Shown here: positions 1 through 12,431 of the stretch, piece by piece
How the letters are laid out: every line of letters starts with the position of its first letter
Numbering within the stretch: the stretch's first letter is position 1
The notes under the pieces: generated by a model
Databases searched by the model: none
Seen by the model: only the letters and a program-made list of their open reading frames with translations
Told to the model about the DNA's origin: nothing
Origin: Eremomyces bilateralis CBS 781.70
Lineage: Eukaryota
Reading direction: 5' to 3' (one strand)
Assembly (NCBI GenBank): GCA_010015585.1
Contig: ML975149.1
DNA: 64,000 nt
Translations under genes and position numbers: made by a program

Positions 1-212
1 CATTCAATTGGGTTTCTGCCCTGGATTCTTCTTCGGTTGGTCTCGAGGGTATGTTGGTCATGGAAGCGAACTGAGAGTACGTATGAAACAGCGTCTCCGT
101 CTACCATGTGTTAGTGCTAGCAATGCAGTCGGCGTATATATCGTAATACCTGAGTCTCCAGGCTTCTTGCCTGTTGACGCAGCTGTGCCCAGCCACCTCC
201 AGTGGACGTCAT
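1..212 (-). CDS. GOS1: Golgi SNARE Gos1, 5' part; runs off the window
   Basis: Not in the ORF track. Exon 212-150 encodes [21 protein letters not shown], followed by GT-AG intron 149-101 and exon 100-1 ([25 protein letters not shown]). This matches the N-terminus of fungal Gos1 as I recall it. Confidence 0.85.
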
Positions 213-427
213 TTTCAAAAACAGCCCTTATTTTAAGGACAAGTGGAGGAAGCCGGGCTGTTGTTCATCGAATATGGTTTCAATGATGATGCTGATGGTG
301 ATGGGTTCATCGTGTTCGATGGCGGAGGTCAAGTGGATGAGCGAGATAAGGCATCGAGGCTCTAAGGCTGCTACTAGCCTACTACATATTTGTTTTCAAA
401 ATTCAACATGCCATCCCTGTCCACACA

Positions 428-434
428 TCACGTG
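428..434. promoter_or_regulatory. TCACGTG (Cbf1-type bHLH site) in the GOS1/RPL35 divergent promoter
   Basis: Exact motif about 130 bp upstream of the RPL35 ATG. Cbf1 sites occur in ribosomal protein promoters of some ascomycetes. Function is inferred. Confidence 0.35.
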
Positions 435-565
435 CTGCATTCCCACTAAGCGACTTCACCACACCTCGAATTTCCTCATCTCACGATCAAGTTTCACGAC
501 GACCACGATCTCACCGCCCGATTCCCGACTTTTGACGAGCACGATACTCGCGCATCCTATTCAAA

Positions 566-1181
566 ATGGTACGCTGGATTCCTCAGTCCAACTAGAAGAA
601 ACCAACGCTCACGAAATGCAGTCGTCCGGAAAGGTCAAGGCTGCCCAGCTCTGGGGGAAGAGCAAAGATGATCTCAAGAAGCAACTCGATGACCTGAAGC
701 AAGAGCTGGTCCAGCTGCGCACACAGAAGATTGCCGGAGGCGCTTCATCGAAACTCACCAAAATGTAATGCTCCCTATACCGCGTGAAATCCGCTGGTTC
801 CTGTGTCATTCGGGTGGCGCATTGGACAGTCCTCATGGATATCTATGCATGTTGATATGAACCTTCACTAACGCTCCAATCTTCAGCCACGATGTCCGGA
901 AATCCATTGCTCGAGTCCTCACCATCATCAACGCCAACCAACGCGCCCAACTCCGTCTCTTCTACAAGAACAAGAAGTACCTCCCGCTCGACCTCCGCCC
1001 CAAGACCACCCGCGCCATGCGACGAAGGTTATCGCCGGCGGATGCCGCCAAGGTGACGGAGAAGCAGAAGAAGAAGCAGACCCATTTCCCGCAGAGAGTC
1101 TATGCCATCAAGGTATACTTTTACGAACCCCTGTGCTGGGTGTGAATGATCGGAATCAAGGCTAATGTGACGCAGGCATGA
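566..1181 (+). CDS. RPL35: 60S ribosomal protein L35 (uL29)
   Basis: Exons 566-568 (ATG only), 622-764, 887-1112 and 1176-1181 give [34 protein letters not shown]...[16 protein letters not shown]...[23 protein letters not shown]...[11 protein letters not shown]. Confidence 0.97.
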
Positions 1182-1686
1182 AAGCATAATGGGCACATGG
1201 TGTTTCTGGGTTTGATAGCATTGCACTTGCAGCGGTCTGCATCGTTCACTTCCATCCAGGTAGACGGATCGGTCATGTATCCCTGACGGCGGTTTCGATA
1301 AAAAGCAAGAATGGAACTTCTACAGCGTCAAAAAAGTTATCCCACTCAAATCATCAAAGTGCACGGCCATTTCAATATCAATCCGGATCTTTGCGACTCG
1401 AGTCCAACCCCTCCAGAACAAGAGCATCCGTCCATGAGGGGTTATGATCGTACCTGTGTGCAGAGACCGATGCCAAGGCCATTTCCACCATTTTCCTAGA
1501 CCAATTACCAATGTCCACCAGTAATCCAGCTTGCCCAGAGTCTCCGTATATGCAGTTCGGGGCCACTTCCTACAGTAGCGCTGCATAGAACCCAGTAGGG
1601 AAGCGGCGTAGGATCAACGTGACAGGGAGCGTAATATGAGTATCTCAACATTATTGCTAACGTAATCCACAAGTGAGTTAGCGATA

Positions 1687-2071
1687 CAAGCGAGTTAGCC
1701 AGGCCAAATCTCACCAAAATCGGGATATTTCATAACCCTCTATCACAAAAACAACATTATAATAAAGTATAAAAGTTGATGGATAGACTTTACCAGTCAT
1801 TTTAAGCCTTTCCTTAAATTTATAGAGCTCTAGCTATTGTGGTTGTGGATATACCTAGGTCAGAGTAGATTCTAGCACCTTTTAGCACCTAGGATCTAGA
1901 TATATCTATCTACCACTACAATAGCTAGGGCTGTAAAAATTCAAGGAAAGGCTTAAAATGACTAGTGAAGTCTATCCATCAACTTTTAGATTTTATTATA
2001 ATGTTGTTGTTGAGATAGAGGGTTATGAAATATCCCGATTTTGGTGAGATTTGGCCTGGCTAACTCGCTTG
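1687..2071. mobile_element. 385-bp foldback/MITE with TA target duplication (Tc1/mariner-type, non-autonomous)
   Basis: Arms 1687-1851 and 1907-2071 are reverse complements. The outer 58 bp are identical (CAAGCGAGTTAGCCAGGCC...), with about 13 mismatches over 165 bp by eye. TA flanks at 1685-86 and 2072-73. AT-rich and non-coding. Confidence 0.92.
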
Positions 2072-3685
2072 TAACCATGGCTAGTTAGTTAAAGGTACTT
2101 CTACAAACCTAATATACTTTACAACCCAAATTCTTATGGCATTGTCGTATATCGATCTCCAAAACGTGGCTCTATTCTCTCAAATCTGAAGTCGACCCAA
2201 TCGCTCAGTATGAATCCCGATTTTCCACCCGATCTAGTCGTCCGCAGGGTCGGAACTTGGATCAGACACGTTGGTCATCCAACCAAGCTTTCGGTTGGCT
2301 ACTTCGCCAGGGCCGCCCGCCCTTGGGAGTTCACTCTCCTCTCACTCCAATCCCGTTCAGCGTTGGAATTTCGATCTTGGCCTTCTTGGGTCACATCCAG
2401 GAAGCGGGAATCGTTCCCTAGGAAAGCAGGAATCTAGCCCGTTCACAGATTTCCCAAGTCCCAACTCATCGGAGGCTAAACGAAGATCTTTCCTACTTAG
2501 CCTCTAGCGACCAGCGTATGCCGCCTCAAAGCACAACAAAGTCGAGAATGCCTTATCCACCGGCCGATAGTCACGGAACTCGTAGTTGAGGTTTTCTGCC
2601 GAGTGCCTAGCACTTAGCAGCGGGCCAAGAATAGAGTATTGCCAACAAGGAAAAAAGCAAAAACGCTCGGCTCGCACCACAGCTTTCAACGTCCATTATG
2701 CATCATTCATCACCTCATGACGCCGCATATCCTTCCAAATTTCGTAGTCCTCCCCGCTCGCTTTCGCAGCTCGCTTGCGGCGTCGGTCTGCAATCTGACC
2801 GTGTCCATCGGCCTGCCCGATGCCAGGATATTCAGCGATACGGTGCTCGCCGCCGCCAATAAGGCTTGCATGGATAATCAGGCTACTTTCCCATGATGCG
2901 GCGGTGCATGCTTTCCTCGATGTGGGTGACGAATTGGGACCCGGGGATTTGTGTTTGTACGCACTACTGCAGGACGCTAAGTGCTACCCTAAATTAATAG
3001 ACGGCTAAGGTTTTTTAAGGTCGACACACAGTCCGCCAGTGCTGAGACTGCTGACTGCTGAGCCCTCTGTGACCGTTAGCCCTTCGCGTTTTTCCATTTT
3101 ACGCCGTTGGTTTAGATTTGCTCCCGCCACTAACAGCAACTTCTACCAAGGTAAAGTTACAGTAGAACGGGTGGAGCAACGAGGCGAGGAACATGTCTGA
3201 ACTCTGAAGAATCATGATTTACGGACGTAATACAGTCCATCCGTACAGAATAGCTTTCGAGTTTCGACCATCCGATACAATGATTGGCACCCCCATCCTA
3301 TTCCGGATGGTGGAATATGTCGCCTTCAAGGATACGATAGCGTCCCGCGTGGGAGCACAACTGTCCGCCATGAATCAATCCTTGCGAATTGCAAACCTTC
3401 GGTCAGATCCTACCTCTCTTTGGTAATCGCGTGGAGAACTAGCCAACTGGGTCTAGATCCTTGAACGGATCGAAATCTTGGGGGGTTCCTAGTTCTCTTA
3501 AAAGTCTGGGATGTCCCATCGCGTCTCCTCATCACATGGTATCGATACATTGTTATTGAACGTCCTGCGAAACCGAATCCAAGAAGGCCCATGCAGTTCC
3601 GACCCGAATTTTTCTGTCTTCTCCTCAAAGCGATCTGGTAAAGGATCGTGCATAACGCGGGCCGCTATCGGCCGAATTGACCGTG

Positions 3686-5763
3686 ATGGCATCGACCGGG
3701 ATCGATTACGGACAGCCACAAACGGGGGTGGGACAACCCGTTTACGGCGACGAGAAACAACAAGCATATAGCAGCGAGAAAGTCGCAGCGGGAGCTGGAC
3801 AACCGGTTTACACCGAGAAAACCCCAGCAGGATATGATGACGGGGAAGACGAAGTCAATATTTCTGTTCGAAGGGGTAGCAAAATCGCTGGCGACAATAC
3901 GCATCGAAAGTTAAAACCCCGTCATATCCAGCTTATTGGTATCGGAGGAACAATTGGGACGGCTCTGTAGGTTTTGAAATTCCTCCCTCAATAGCAGAAG
4001 CTAATCTCATTCAGCTATGTCCAGATTGGCCAGGGACTTCTCAATGGCGGTCCGGCTAGTCTATTCATCGCATTCACCGTCTGGTTCGTCCAAGCCCAGA
4101 TCCCTTGTCGATTCGAATGTTTAACTGACCCATGAATAGGTGTACGTTCATCCTCGCCGTGACCCTGTGCATGGCGGAAATGGTCACCTATCTGCCAATC
4201 TCGTCTCCGTTCATCCGATTCGCGGGTCGCTATGTCGACGAAGCGTTCGGGTTCGCGGCCGGCTGGAACTTCTTCGTCTTTGAAGCGGCCCTCGTGCCGT
4301 TCGAAATCGTGGCATGTAACGTCATCATCAAGTTCTGGGACGTCGACGATGTCGTTCCCGCGGGAGCCATCATTGCGGCTGTCCTCGTGCTTTACGGGTA
4401 AGTCAAACCCGGAGACGCACGGAGCAAACAGACACTTACAATACCAGGCTAATCAACGTCCTCGCGGTGAAGTGGTACGGTGAGACCGAGTTCTGGGCTG
4501 CTATCGGTAAGGTCCTATTGATCATCGGCTTGATCATCTTCACCTTCATCGTCATGCTCGGAGGGAACCCCAAGCGCGACCGATTCGGCTTCCGTTACTG
4601 GCGCGATCCTGGCCCCTTTGCCGAACTTTACAAGGAGGGTAACCTAGGCCGCTGGCTTGGCCTCCTCCAATGTGTCATCCAAGCTTCCTTCACGATCGCC
4701 GGCCCGGATTACGTGTCCATGGCAGCAGGCGAAACGGAGAACCCCCGAGTCGTCATGCCGAAAGCGTACAACGCCGTCTTCTACCGTTTGACTGCATTCT
4801 TCGTTCTCGGTTCGCTTTGCGTCGGCATCAACGTGCCGTACAATGACCCGGAATTGACCGCGGCGTTCAAGAATAGCGAACCCGGTGCCGCCGCGTCGCC
4901 GTACGTTGTGTCCATGAATCGGTTGGGGATTCCCTTCCTGCCGCATATCGTCAACGCAATGGTCTTGGGTGCGGCCTTCTCCGCTGGAAACAGTTACGTC
5001 TACTGCGCCTCGAGATCGCTTTATGGCTTGGCGCTGGAAGGGAAAGCACCGAGGTTTCTGACGAAATGCACCAGGGCCGGTGTGCCCATCTATACGGTCA
5101 TTGTGGTCCTTATTATTTCTCTGCTGTCATTCCTGCAACTATCAAAGAACTCGGCCGTCGTGCTCAGCTGGTATGGTCAATTTCGCTCAATATTCAGAAA
5201 TGCTCTGCTAATTCCATTGGGTCTAGGTTCGTCAGCCTGGTGACGGCCAGTCAGCTACTTAACTTCGCGGCCTGCTGTTGGACCTTTCTCGCCTTCTATA
5301 GAGCCTGCAAGGCACAGGGTTTGGACAGAAATAGCCTGCCGTACAAGGGCTTCTTGCAGCCATATGCGGCCTATTATGGGTTGACAGGCACATTAGTAAT
5401 GGCCTTTGTCGGTGGCTACACTGTCTTCCTCCCTGGAAAATGGGACATCCCTACTTTCTTATTCTCGTAAGTGACCCCATTTTGCGATAACACATAGTCG
5501 TCAGTGCTAAACATGGTGCAGCTATACCATGATCGGAGTTTTCCCTGTCCTATTTATCGGCTGGAAGTTGATAAAAAAGACAAAATGGAGGAAACCAGAC
5601 GAGGTTGACCTTTATGAGGATTTGGACGAGATCGAGGAATACCATCGGAATTTCGTTCCGATTCCTCCGAAGTGAGTTCCGCGCCTCGAAATCATCGGGG
5701 ATATGTGCTAATGACGCCTCCAGGAACGCACTCCAAAAATATGCGAACAAGATCTTCGAGTAA
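3686..5763 (+). CDS. Amino acid permease (APC/YAT family, AGP2-like)
   Basis: Contains HRKLKPRHIQLIGIGGTIGTAL, YGETEFW, AAGETENPR and SRSLYGLA, plus many TM segments. Six short GT-AG introns join ORFs 3677, 4132, 4467 and 5066. Stop TAA at 5761-63. Confidence 0.93.
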
Positions 5764-5913
5764 GAGGGCTGGCCAAATCTAGGAAGGATAAGTGTTTCGG
5801 TTTGGACTAGTAGCGATGCGATACCATATTCTTGAAATGAGACCTAAGTTTGATATTCATCAAAAAGTCATGAAGTGACTGTGATACTCAAATTACACCC
5901 ATCCCATATGACT

Positions 5914-6816
5914 TCATCCCTTCCATACATCTGGGCCCGGAATCTTGTATGTCGTCTCCTTGCTGGTCCAGAAATCTTGGATATTGATACTTGGATCTGC
6001 TCGTATGGTCAGTCAAGTTATCTGTCCCTCTATATTTCAAGCCACCTTACCACTCATCGAATACACCCCCGGGATGCTCGCCCGATATTGTGCCCCCGGC
6101 GACACCGTCCCCGACCCCGTGACCTTCAACTGCGCGCAGTTCGGATACCACTGCGGCGGATTGCTATGCAGCGCGATCGTCTCCGTCCGCAACAGATAGT
6201 TTCCCGGCTTCAAGCTCCGTGGGATCGTCGAGGTCCAGCTATAGTTCTGGGCGATCATGTCCGCGGACCCCCATTTGCCGTTCGCCAGTACCCCGCTGGA
6301 CAACCCAGCCTCGTCGATCTTGAACCATTTGCCGCCTTGACCGTTCCAGGAGGAGCACTCGCTGGGGCACTCAGTCATCCAGGTGACCATTGGACCAAGG
6401 TTGTGCGCCCTGTTGGGTGTCAGTCGTGTCAGTTCATACTCCAAGGCAAAGCGTCGATGCGGGAGCATATGCCGTACCAACCACTGTTCCAGTACTCCAC
6501 AACCTCTGAACCGGCGGGCACTTCGGCAGATAGAGGCGCTACCGTTCCAGGGTTGTTGCAGATGATATTGACTGAGGTTGGATCTTGGATGGGGTCAAAA
6601 CTCTGCCAGTAACGTTGGATGCTTGGCTGTTGATTCGTAGGGGAGTTGTAGGGCTTCATTCTACATGATTATCAACATCAACAGTGCATTGATAGGGTGG
6701 TTGAGTATATACCCAGTGTACCACTCTCCGTTGATCTGATACTCCGTGACTCCTCCATGGCCGAGGACGAAAGAAGCCTGCAACAGTGCCGCAGAGATAG
6801 CTTGAGTGGCTTTCAT
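5914..6816 (-). CDS. AA9 lytic polysaccharide monooxygenase (no CBM)
   Basis: Signal peptide MKATQAISAALLQASFVLG gives mature His1 (HGGV). Second His is in WAHNLGP, followed by GNYLLRTETIALHS..QWYPNCAQL and C-terminal YKIPGPDVWKG*. Three introns. Confidence 0.93.
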
Positions 6817-7497
6817 GATTCGTTTGAACGACCAGATATCTTCTATACGGCCTTATTGTATTTCCGTATGGTGAAGGAGGTATCTATCAATCAGGAGGAG
6901 CGTGCTGCTGACCATTCTACCAACTTATACGTCGCTCAATACCTACCGGACATCACGAACCCCTCCGGACCAACTCCAACCTGTCCTGCTCTCTACCTGA
7001 TCCCATGGTCCCTGGCAATATCATCGACCCTGTGCTCCGTGCCTGAAATGTTTGCTTCGCAGTAAGTCCGGATGAATTTACCTGCGAATATTAAGTTTGC
7101 TCGTGGCTGAACCATGGATCTATCGAATCAGAGAGATCAGTCAATCGTTCGAGGCTCGCTAGAATAGGAAACAGTCCGTGTCTCTTTGGGATGGCAATGG
7201 CTTATTGGACATTTAATCTAGACGGTACGCTGGTGGAGATTCTTGGGGACCAACAAAAAGGTCATGAGAGTCCTGCTATTTTCCTGTTAATATATTTGTG
7301 ACTGTGGTGGCGGACGACATGTTCTGTCTAGAGAACGCGTGGTTGACCGTGTTAGCGCATGGAATCCATCACCTGCCAGGCTGTCACGCTCTGAAGTATC
7401 CCAATAAACATTTTGATCTTGGTATTGAATTGCACAGGTACATAGCTCCTAGCCAGCTGGACCAACTGTCCATATTCCCCAAAATCTGCCTCTATTC

Positions 7498-8518
7498 TCA
7501 TAGGTACGCAGCATCCACCCAGGTCTTATAAGTGCCTCCTAGAATCTGCGTGATCGGCACCGCACTGCTCAACTTCTTCGAGAACGAAGCCCGTCGGCCT
7601 TCCGCGCCCGGTCCAGTGTTCTTGTATTCGCCGTAGTACACATTTTTAGTATTCGGCTCACTGGACTGCCAAACCGACCAGCCCGCCCCGTTTATGACGT
7701 TAGACAGCTCGGTGTTTTGGAAGACTACGCGCGAATACGATCGCCAGGGACGGCCGAGGAAGTAGGATCCGGCGGGGACGCTCTCGCCTTTCGCAGCGGT
7801 GACCTTGCTGTTGTTGATGACGTAAAAGGATGGGTTGCTATTGCTGTCGCGGCCGTTGGCTAGAAGTGCATCAGTTCCCAGGTTCCAACGCCCAATTCGT
7901 AGAATCCAACTTACCAGTAATGTACTTCCCCCCATTGCGGACGCCAATGTCGCACTTCTCAAACCACGCCAGGGATTTTTGTCCGAAGATGAAGTCCGTA
8001 GCCCCGGTGATGAGACACTTAGAGAAGTACTGGCTCCCGTCATTCGGCATGACGGTATCCTGGAATCCAAAGAATCCACAGCCGTAGAATCCCTGACTCT
8101 TCCCATATGCGCTCAATGCCAACGCCTGCGACCCTTTCCCCCAGGTATTCTCCACGTTGATGTTGTACAACTTGAACCCATCGTTCTTCACCCGCAGCGT
8201 CCCCGTCTCGTCATTATTGGGCTTGTTCGCCTGGCTGTTCCGTGCCGAGATTGTCACTTGGTTCTTCTCATACGACGAGGCATCGGGCGTGGATCCCATG
8301 ATGGTGAGGGCACCCTTATTGGCAGGCACATAGACCTGCTCGTTGTATTTCCCCGGCAATACGAAGATCACGCTCCCTGCCTTCGCGGCGTTGACGGCGC
8401 TGGAAATAGTTTTATATTTGCCGCCATTGCCGACGACGAGGGCGCCCGAAGGTGCAGTCGTCCGGCTCTGAGCGATGGCCGCTCCAATGAGCGGGATAAC
8501 GGAGAGAAACAGACGCAT
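7498..8518 (-). CDS. Secreted pectinesterase (CE8)
   Basis: Signal peptide MRLFLSVIPLIGAAIA, then the CE8 motifs PGKYNEQV, QALAL, GFQDT, ITGATDFIFG and LGRPW. One intron at about 7860-7914. Confidence 0.95.
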
Positions 8519-9201
8519 CTTGACCGCAGAGAAACAAAAGAGAGTGTAGGCGGGACCGGAAAAGAGGGACGCGACCCCATCTTGAGCCAAGATCCGGAAA
8601 GACTGTTCTTATAAGAAATATAGACTGAGCGACTAAGAGCGGATTAAACAAATACAAGCCAGATACGATCGATCCGGAAAACCTGAAGATCCACCAGTCG
8701 TAAAGCTGCGGGTCCATTACCTTCAATTACTTGCCATATCGCTAAAGGACCAGCGTGCGGCGATATTGCATGCCAAGGGCCCTAGACAATGAATGACCAC
8801 ATATGCTGACGGTTGCATGGCCTTGACGGGTTTATGCAAATCAATGGTTTGATTGGGTCCATATTCCTCGAATAAAGAGTAATAAAGGTAAATTTAGAGC
8901 ACAGAGGGAAGTGGGAGCTCCCAAAGAGACAATATGTTCGCTGGGTGTGGAGATGGGTTGTTTCATATATAAACGTTCACATCCCGGATCTTCCGCTTCA
9001 TCTTCGGCACCCCAATAATGAAACCAGCACCAGTGCGTTCAAATAAGGTGCCGCAAATTGGGCGGAGAAGCTATTATATGCTGGTCACTTGATAATTCAA
9101 TCGCAGACGACCTTCACTGAGACACCAATCAGATGACTTGGAGAACAACGGAAAAAGTTATATTCAGCATAGTGGATATCGACGTGCCAACAGAAAATAT
9201 A

Positions 9202-11583
9202 TCAAGTCCAAAGCCTGCAAGTACCATCCGCGCCAGCAGTAACACACCAAGGATTCCGCGGATGCCAATCTACATCCAGTACGCCGAGCTGGCTCGTCAC
9301 CTTGTGACCACGCAACGTCTTCAACGGCACGATTGTCGCGTTCTCCATTAGGTCATCCACCACCCTGCCGTGGTACACCTGACACGTGCCATCATCGCTC
9401 GCGTCGACAAACAATGGCAATCCACCCGGGTGAACCTTCACGGCACGCACAGCCTTGGTATGGAATCGTAACGTGCGGTACGGGTGGATGGACAGCTCCA
9501 GATCATGCCACATCATCCGCTTGTCATAGGCGCCGACGATGAGGTTGTCGCCTCCGGGATGTAGGTCGATGGACGAGATCCATTTCGCGCCGGGTTGGAG
9601 AGATTTGACGAGCTGCTGTCGGCTGAGGTCGTAGATCCGGACGGAACGTTGGGTGGCGACGAAGAAGAGCGGTTTGCTGGGATGGAATGTCGCGGTCTGA
9701 GGAAGGCCCTTCAGTTTTCGGAACGGCAGCTGGGTGCGGTGCTGAGATAGGGTGTGGATAGCAACCGCGTGAGATTGACCGGATGGCGCGACGGTAGCGA
9801 AGTATTCGCCGCGTCGGTGGAAGCAGATGACCTTGACGGTGGCTCGAACCACGATTTTCAGGAGGACGCCTTGCTCTTCTAACTTCGACCCCGGACGACT
9901 CCACGTAGATCCTGGGATTTTCTGCGAGGCGGAATTGGTGTCGCCCTTGCCGGTAGCATGACCGAAGCCCATGTCCAACACGGTCCGACTGGCAGACTCC
10001 ACCGCTGGAGTCATGTTGGGAATCGTCAGTGGGATAACGAAGTAGACCTCGTTGCCCGAAGCGGCAGCCAAAATCAAGGCATCTCGTCCAGGCCGCCATC
10101 GCACAGCGTTGATTGGTTCGTCCCCAATCCTGATTCTCTGGAGCTGACGCCCAGTGAGAAGTTCCCACAATCGTACGGTGCCGTCGTCCGCTCCGCTGGC
10201 CAGGATCGTGCCGGTGGGATCAACTGCAATACTGCGGACTCGTCCCTCATGCCCAGAAAAGACTGCGGCACACGTGGTAGGGTAAGGCCTTAGCTCTTCG
10301 GGATTTGGAAGCTTGGGTAGGAGTGATTCGGGATCGATGTCCAGCTTGCTTCTCCTCACGCGAGGTGCCAAATAGAGGTCCAACGACCGCTCAAAGCGTT
10401 CTTTAACGAACCGATCGTACCCAGGAACCTTGTGCAATGCATCATAGTCGCTAGGAAGGAATTCCTTCTCTCTCTCCTCAGGATCCTGGGCCAGCCACGT
10501 GTCTTTCTCTTCTTGGTCGGGCAGGTACTCGGGAGGTGGGTGAACGCTCTCTTCGTAGCCCGGAGGAGGGAGCTTCGGTGCAGGGACGTTCATTGGGTGA
10601 TCAGGCCTGGGCTTCTCGTCTGCCCAAACATCGAATGTCCAAGGATCGGTCTCCTCTTCTTCCGTTTCCTCCGGGGGACGATACGGCTGGATCCTTCCCT
10701 CCCTAATAGCCTTCACGATCTTCATGACCTTCTTCGCCTCATGCTTGGATGGGACGAATCGTCGTTTTGGTTCAGGCGCAGCGCTGAGAGGCATGATCTC
10801 CGTCTGCCGCGAGAAGTAATCAAACATCTCTGGGTAAGGATCATACCCTTCCTCGGGTATTTCATTCCTCGTGATCTTCTTCAGCATTTCCAGCTCCTCT
10901 TGGGTGAGCTCGAGAGGTTTGCCAGTCGCTGGGTCGGTCAACCCGGTCCAGCCTTCTGGCAGCTCAATACTGTTGAGCAAGGTATCCAGCGCATCGCCCT
11001 TGGCGGGCCGCATGATTTTCTTGCCGTTGATATCATAGCCGATATGGGGGTATGCGTCGTAGAATGTGAGAGGGATGTCCCCGATCGTGTTCTCGTTGTC
11101 CGGGGCGTCGGAATCATCCGTTTCGTAGCCAGGTTCGATTTCTTTGTAGATGTACCGCGGGTTGCCATTGGCGTCGGTCGACACGGTATAGTTGAGCTCA
11201 AGATCATTCTCGTCGACTTGTTCAAACCCTGCTTCATCGGAATCCTCAGCGTCGTCGTCGCTCGCTTCCTCGTCCTCGCCGTTGGCACCTGCAGCATTTC
11301 GGCGGCTCCGTGAGGCTCTCGTGGGCTTGAGAGCCCGCAATTCTTCCTCAATGAGTCCAGTTACTTTGCCGTTTGACTCTCCTTCATTATCGGAATCTTC
11401 CTCGTCCTCTCCCTCTATTTCAACCTCGGAAGCGCTCCCGCTTGCAACAGAAGGGGCTTCACTTCCAGAGTCGTCCAGTTCAAGAGAAGCAAATCGCTCC
11501 GTCTCATCGACAACATTAGCAACAGTCTCTTCTGGCTGACGAGTCAGCAGCTTCCTCTTTCTGCCTCGACCTGGTGCTGACAT
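9202..11583 (-). CDS. ERB1: Ribosome biogenesis protein Erb1/BOP1
   Basis: Intronless. Acidic N-terminus, BOP1NT motifs ([37 protein letters not shown]) and C-terminal WD40 repeats. Start taken at MSAPGRG. Confidence 0.97.
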   Translation of the reverse strand: MSAPGRGRKRKLLTRQPEETVANVVDETERFASLELDDSGSEAPSVASGSASEVEIEGEDEEDSDNEGESNGKVTGLIEEELRALKPTRASRSRRNAAGANGEDEEASDDDAEDSDEAGFEQVDENDLELNYTVSTDANGNPRYIYKEIEPGYETDDSDAPDNENTIGDIPLTFYDAYPHIGYDINGKKIMRPAKGDALDTLLNSIELPEGWTGLTDPATGKPLELTQEELEMLKKITRNEIPEEGYDPYPEMFDYFSRQTEIMPLSAAPEPKRRFVPSKHEAKKVMKIVKAIREGRIQPYRPPEETEEEETDPWTFDVWADEKPRPDHPMNVPAPKLPPPGYEESVHPPPEYLPDQEEKDTWLAQDPEEREKEFLPSDYDALHKVPGYDRFVKERFERSLDLYLAPRVRRSKLDIDPESLLPKLPNPEELRPYPTTCAAVFSGHEGRVRSIAVDPTGTILASGADDGTVRLWELLTGRQLQRIRIGDEPINAVRWRPGRDALILAAASGNEVYFVIPLTIPNMTPAVESASRTVLDMGFGHATGKGDTNSASQKIPGSTWSRPGSKLEEQGVLLKIVVRATVKVICFHRRGEYFATVAPSGQSHAVAIHTLSQHRTQLPFRKLKGLPQTATFHPSKPLFFVATQRSVRIYDLSRQQLVKSLQPGAKWISSIDLHPGGDNLIVGAYDKRMMWHDLELSIHPYRTLRFHTKAVRAVKVHPGGLPLFVDASDDGTCQVYHGRVVDDLMENATIVPLKTLRGHKVTSQLGVLDVDWHPRNPWCVTAGADGTCRLWT

Positions 11584-11661
11584 TTTGTCTGTGGATGTCA
11601 AGTTAGAAGAGTATTTTGCGGCTCTGTGGACCAAAGATTCCATTGATGCGGAATAATATCG

Positions 11662-11748
11662 TGAAATTTTACGGATGGCGACAGGGATTTGGTGGTTCAA
11701 ATAGTCGGCCGGAGTTAGGGCTCTCTTGGTTCAAATAGTCGGCCGGAG
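11662..11748. promoter_or_regulatory. ERB1 upstream region: RRPE-like TGAAATTTT and a 22-bp direct repeat flanking TTAGGGCT
   Basis: TGAAATTTT at 11662-70. TGGTTCAAATAGTCGGCCGGAG at 11693-11714 and again at 11727-11748, with spacer TTAGGGCTCTCT. The repeat is seen directly; the regulatory role is inferred. Confidence 0.5.
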
Positions 11749-12017
11749 CAATGTGGCTTGACCTGGCATTGCCAGAGTTGATGAGTTGATGACTGAATCA
11801 TTGGCAGCAAGAAGAGCAAAGCATTCACTCTACCCTTCAATTCCACCTTTAATCGGAGAGGCATCATAGTAATATCTTGGAAAGAATCTTTTTTGACATT
11901 TACTCGGATAACTTGCGCATACTCTTGCCTAAGTGGAGAAACACTTTGAACATGGACATTGAGCAAAGTTTAGGGAGTCTCTACTAATAATATCGAACCT
12001 CATTATTATCACTCGGG

Positions 12018-12431
12018 ATGGCTTCATCGAGCAATCGAGCGTTAAGTCGAACGTTGCTCAATTATACCCGGGTGGGATCTCGGGCTTCTGTGCGATATAC
12101 TTCCTCTCAGAGCAACAAACACACCGGATCTCCGGCTCCAGTGGAGCAGCCGAAGCAAGACAAGAAGACAATCAAGCAGGTGAATAGGTTTCTAGTATCG
12201 CTGAAGTTGCTTTTAGTGACTGACCATCAGTAGTCATCAGCTGCGAAAGGGGAATCTGCGGCAAAGGAACCAGACAAGAAGCCCAAGACGCAAGCCGAGC
12301 TTGACGCGGCATTGCGGGAGAAGTTGTCGGGGATGGCAGGAGATGGAGGAGAGTCCGGAGTGGAATATGAGGATGGGAAACCGGTTTCAATGAAGAGAGG
12401 AGTCCGGAATAATATGTTTCGGTATATATAA
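12018..12431 (+). CDS. Small uncharacterised protein, probably mitochondrial (about 119 aa)
   Basis: Exons 12018-12179 and 12234-12431. The N-terminus is Arg/Ser-rich with no acidic residues, like a presequence. C-terminus is LREKLSGMAGDGGESGVEYEDGKPVSMKRGVRNNMFRYI*. Confidence 0.8.

Noticed and set aside
202..768. 188-aa ORF
   Set aside because: It reads through the promoter and intron 1 into RPL35 exon 2. The real start is the ATG-only exon at 566.
765..886. Longer RPL35 intron 2 as a snoRNA host
   Set aside because: No convincing C/D box pair with a terminal stem, and no H/ACA layout.
2500..2980. Coding-like fragments on the minus strand
   Set aside because: Short and stop-interrupted, with no recognisable motif or splice model.
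7835..8614. Long antisense ORFs (also 10432-11313, 15132-15947, 34909-35988 and 62134-63099)
   Set aside because: These are shadows of GC-rich codon usage in well-supported genes on the opposite strand.
11693..11748. Repeat-spacer-repeat as a CRISPR or telomere array
   Set aside because: Only two copies with a 12-bp spacer, a single TTAGGG inside, eukaryotic context and no cas genes.
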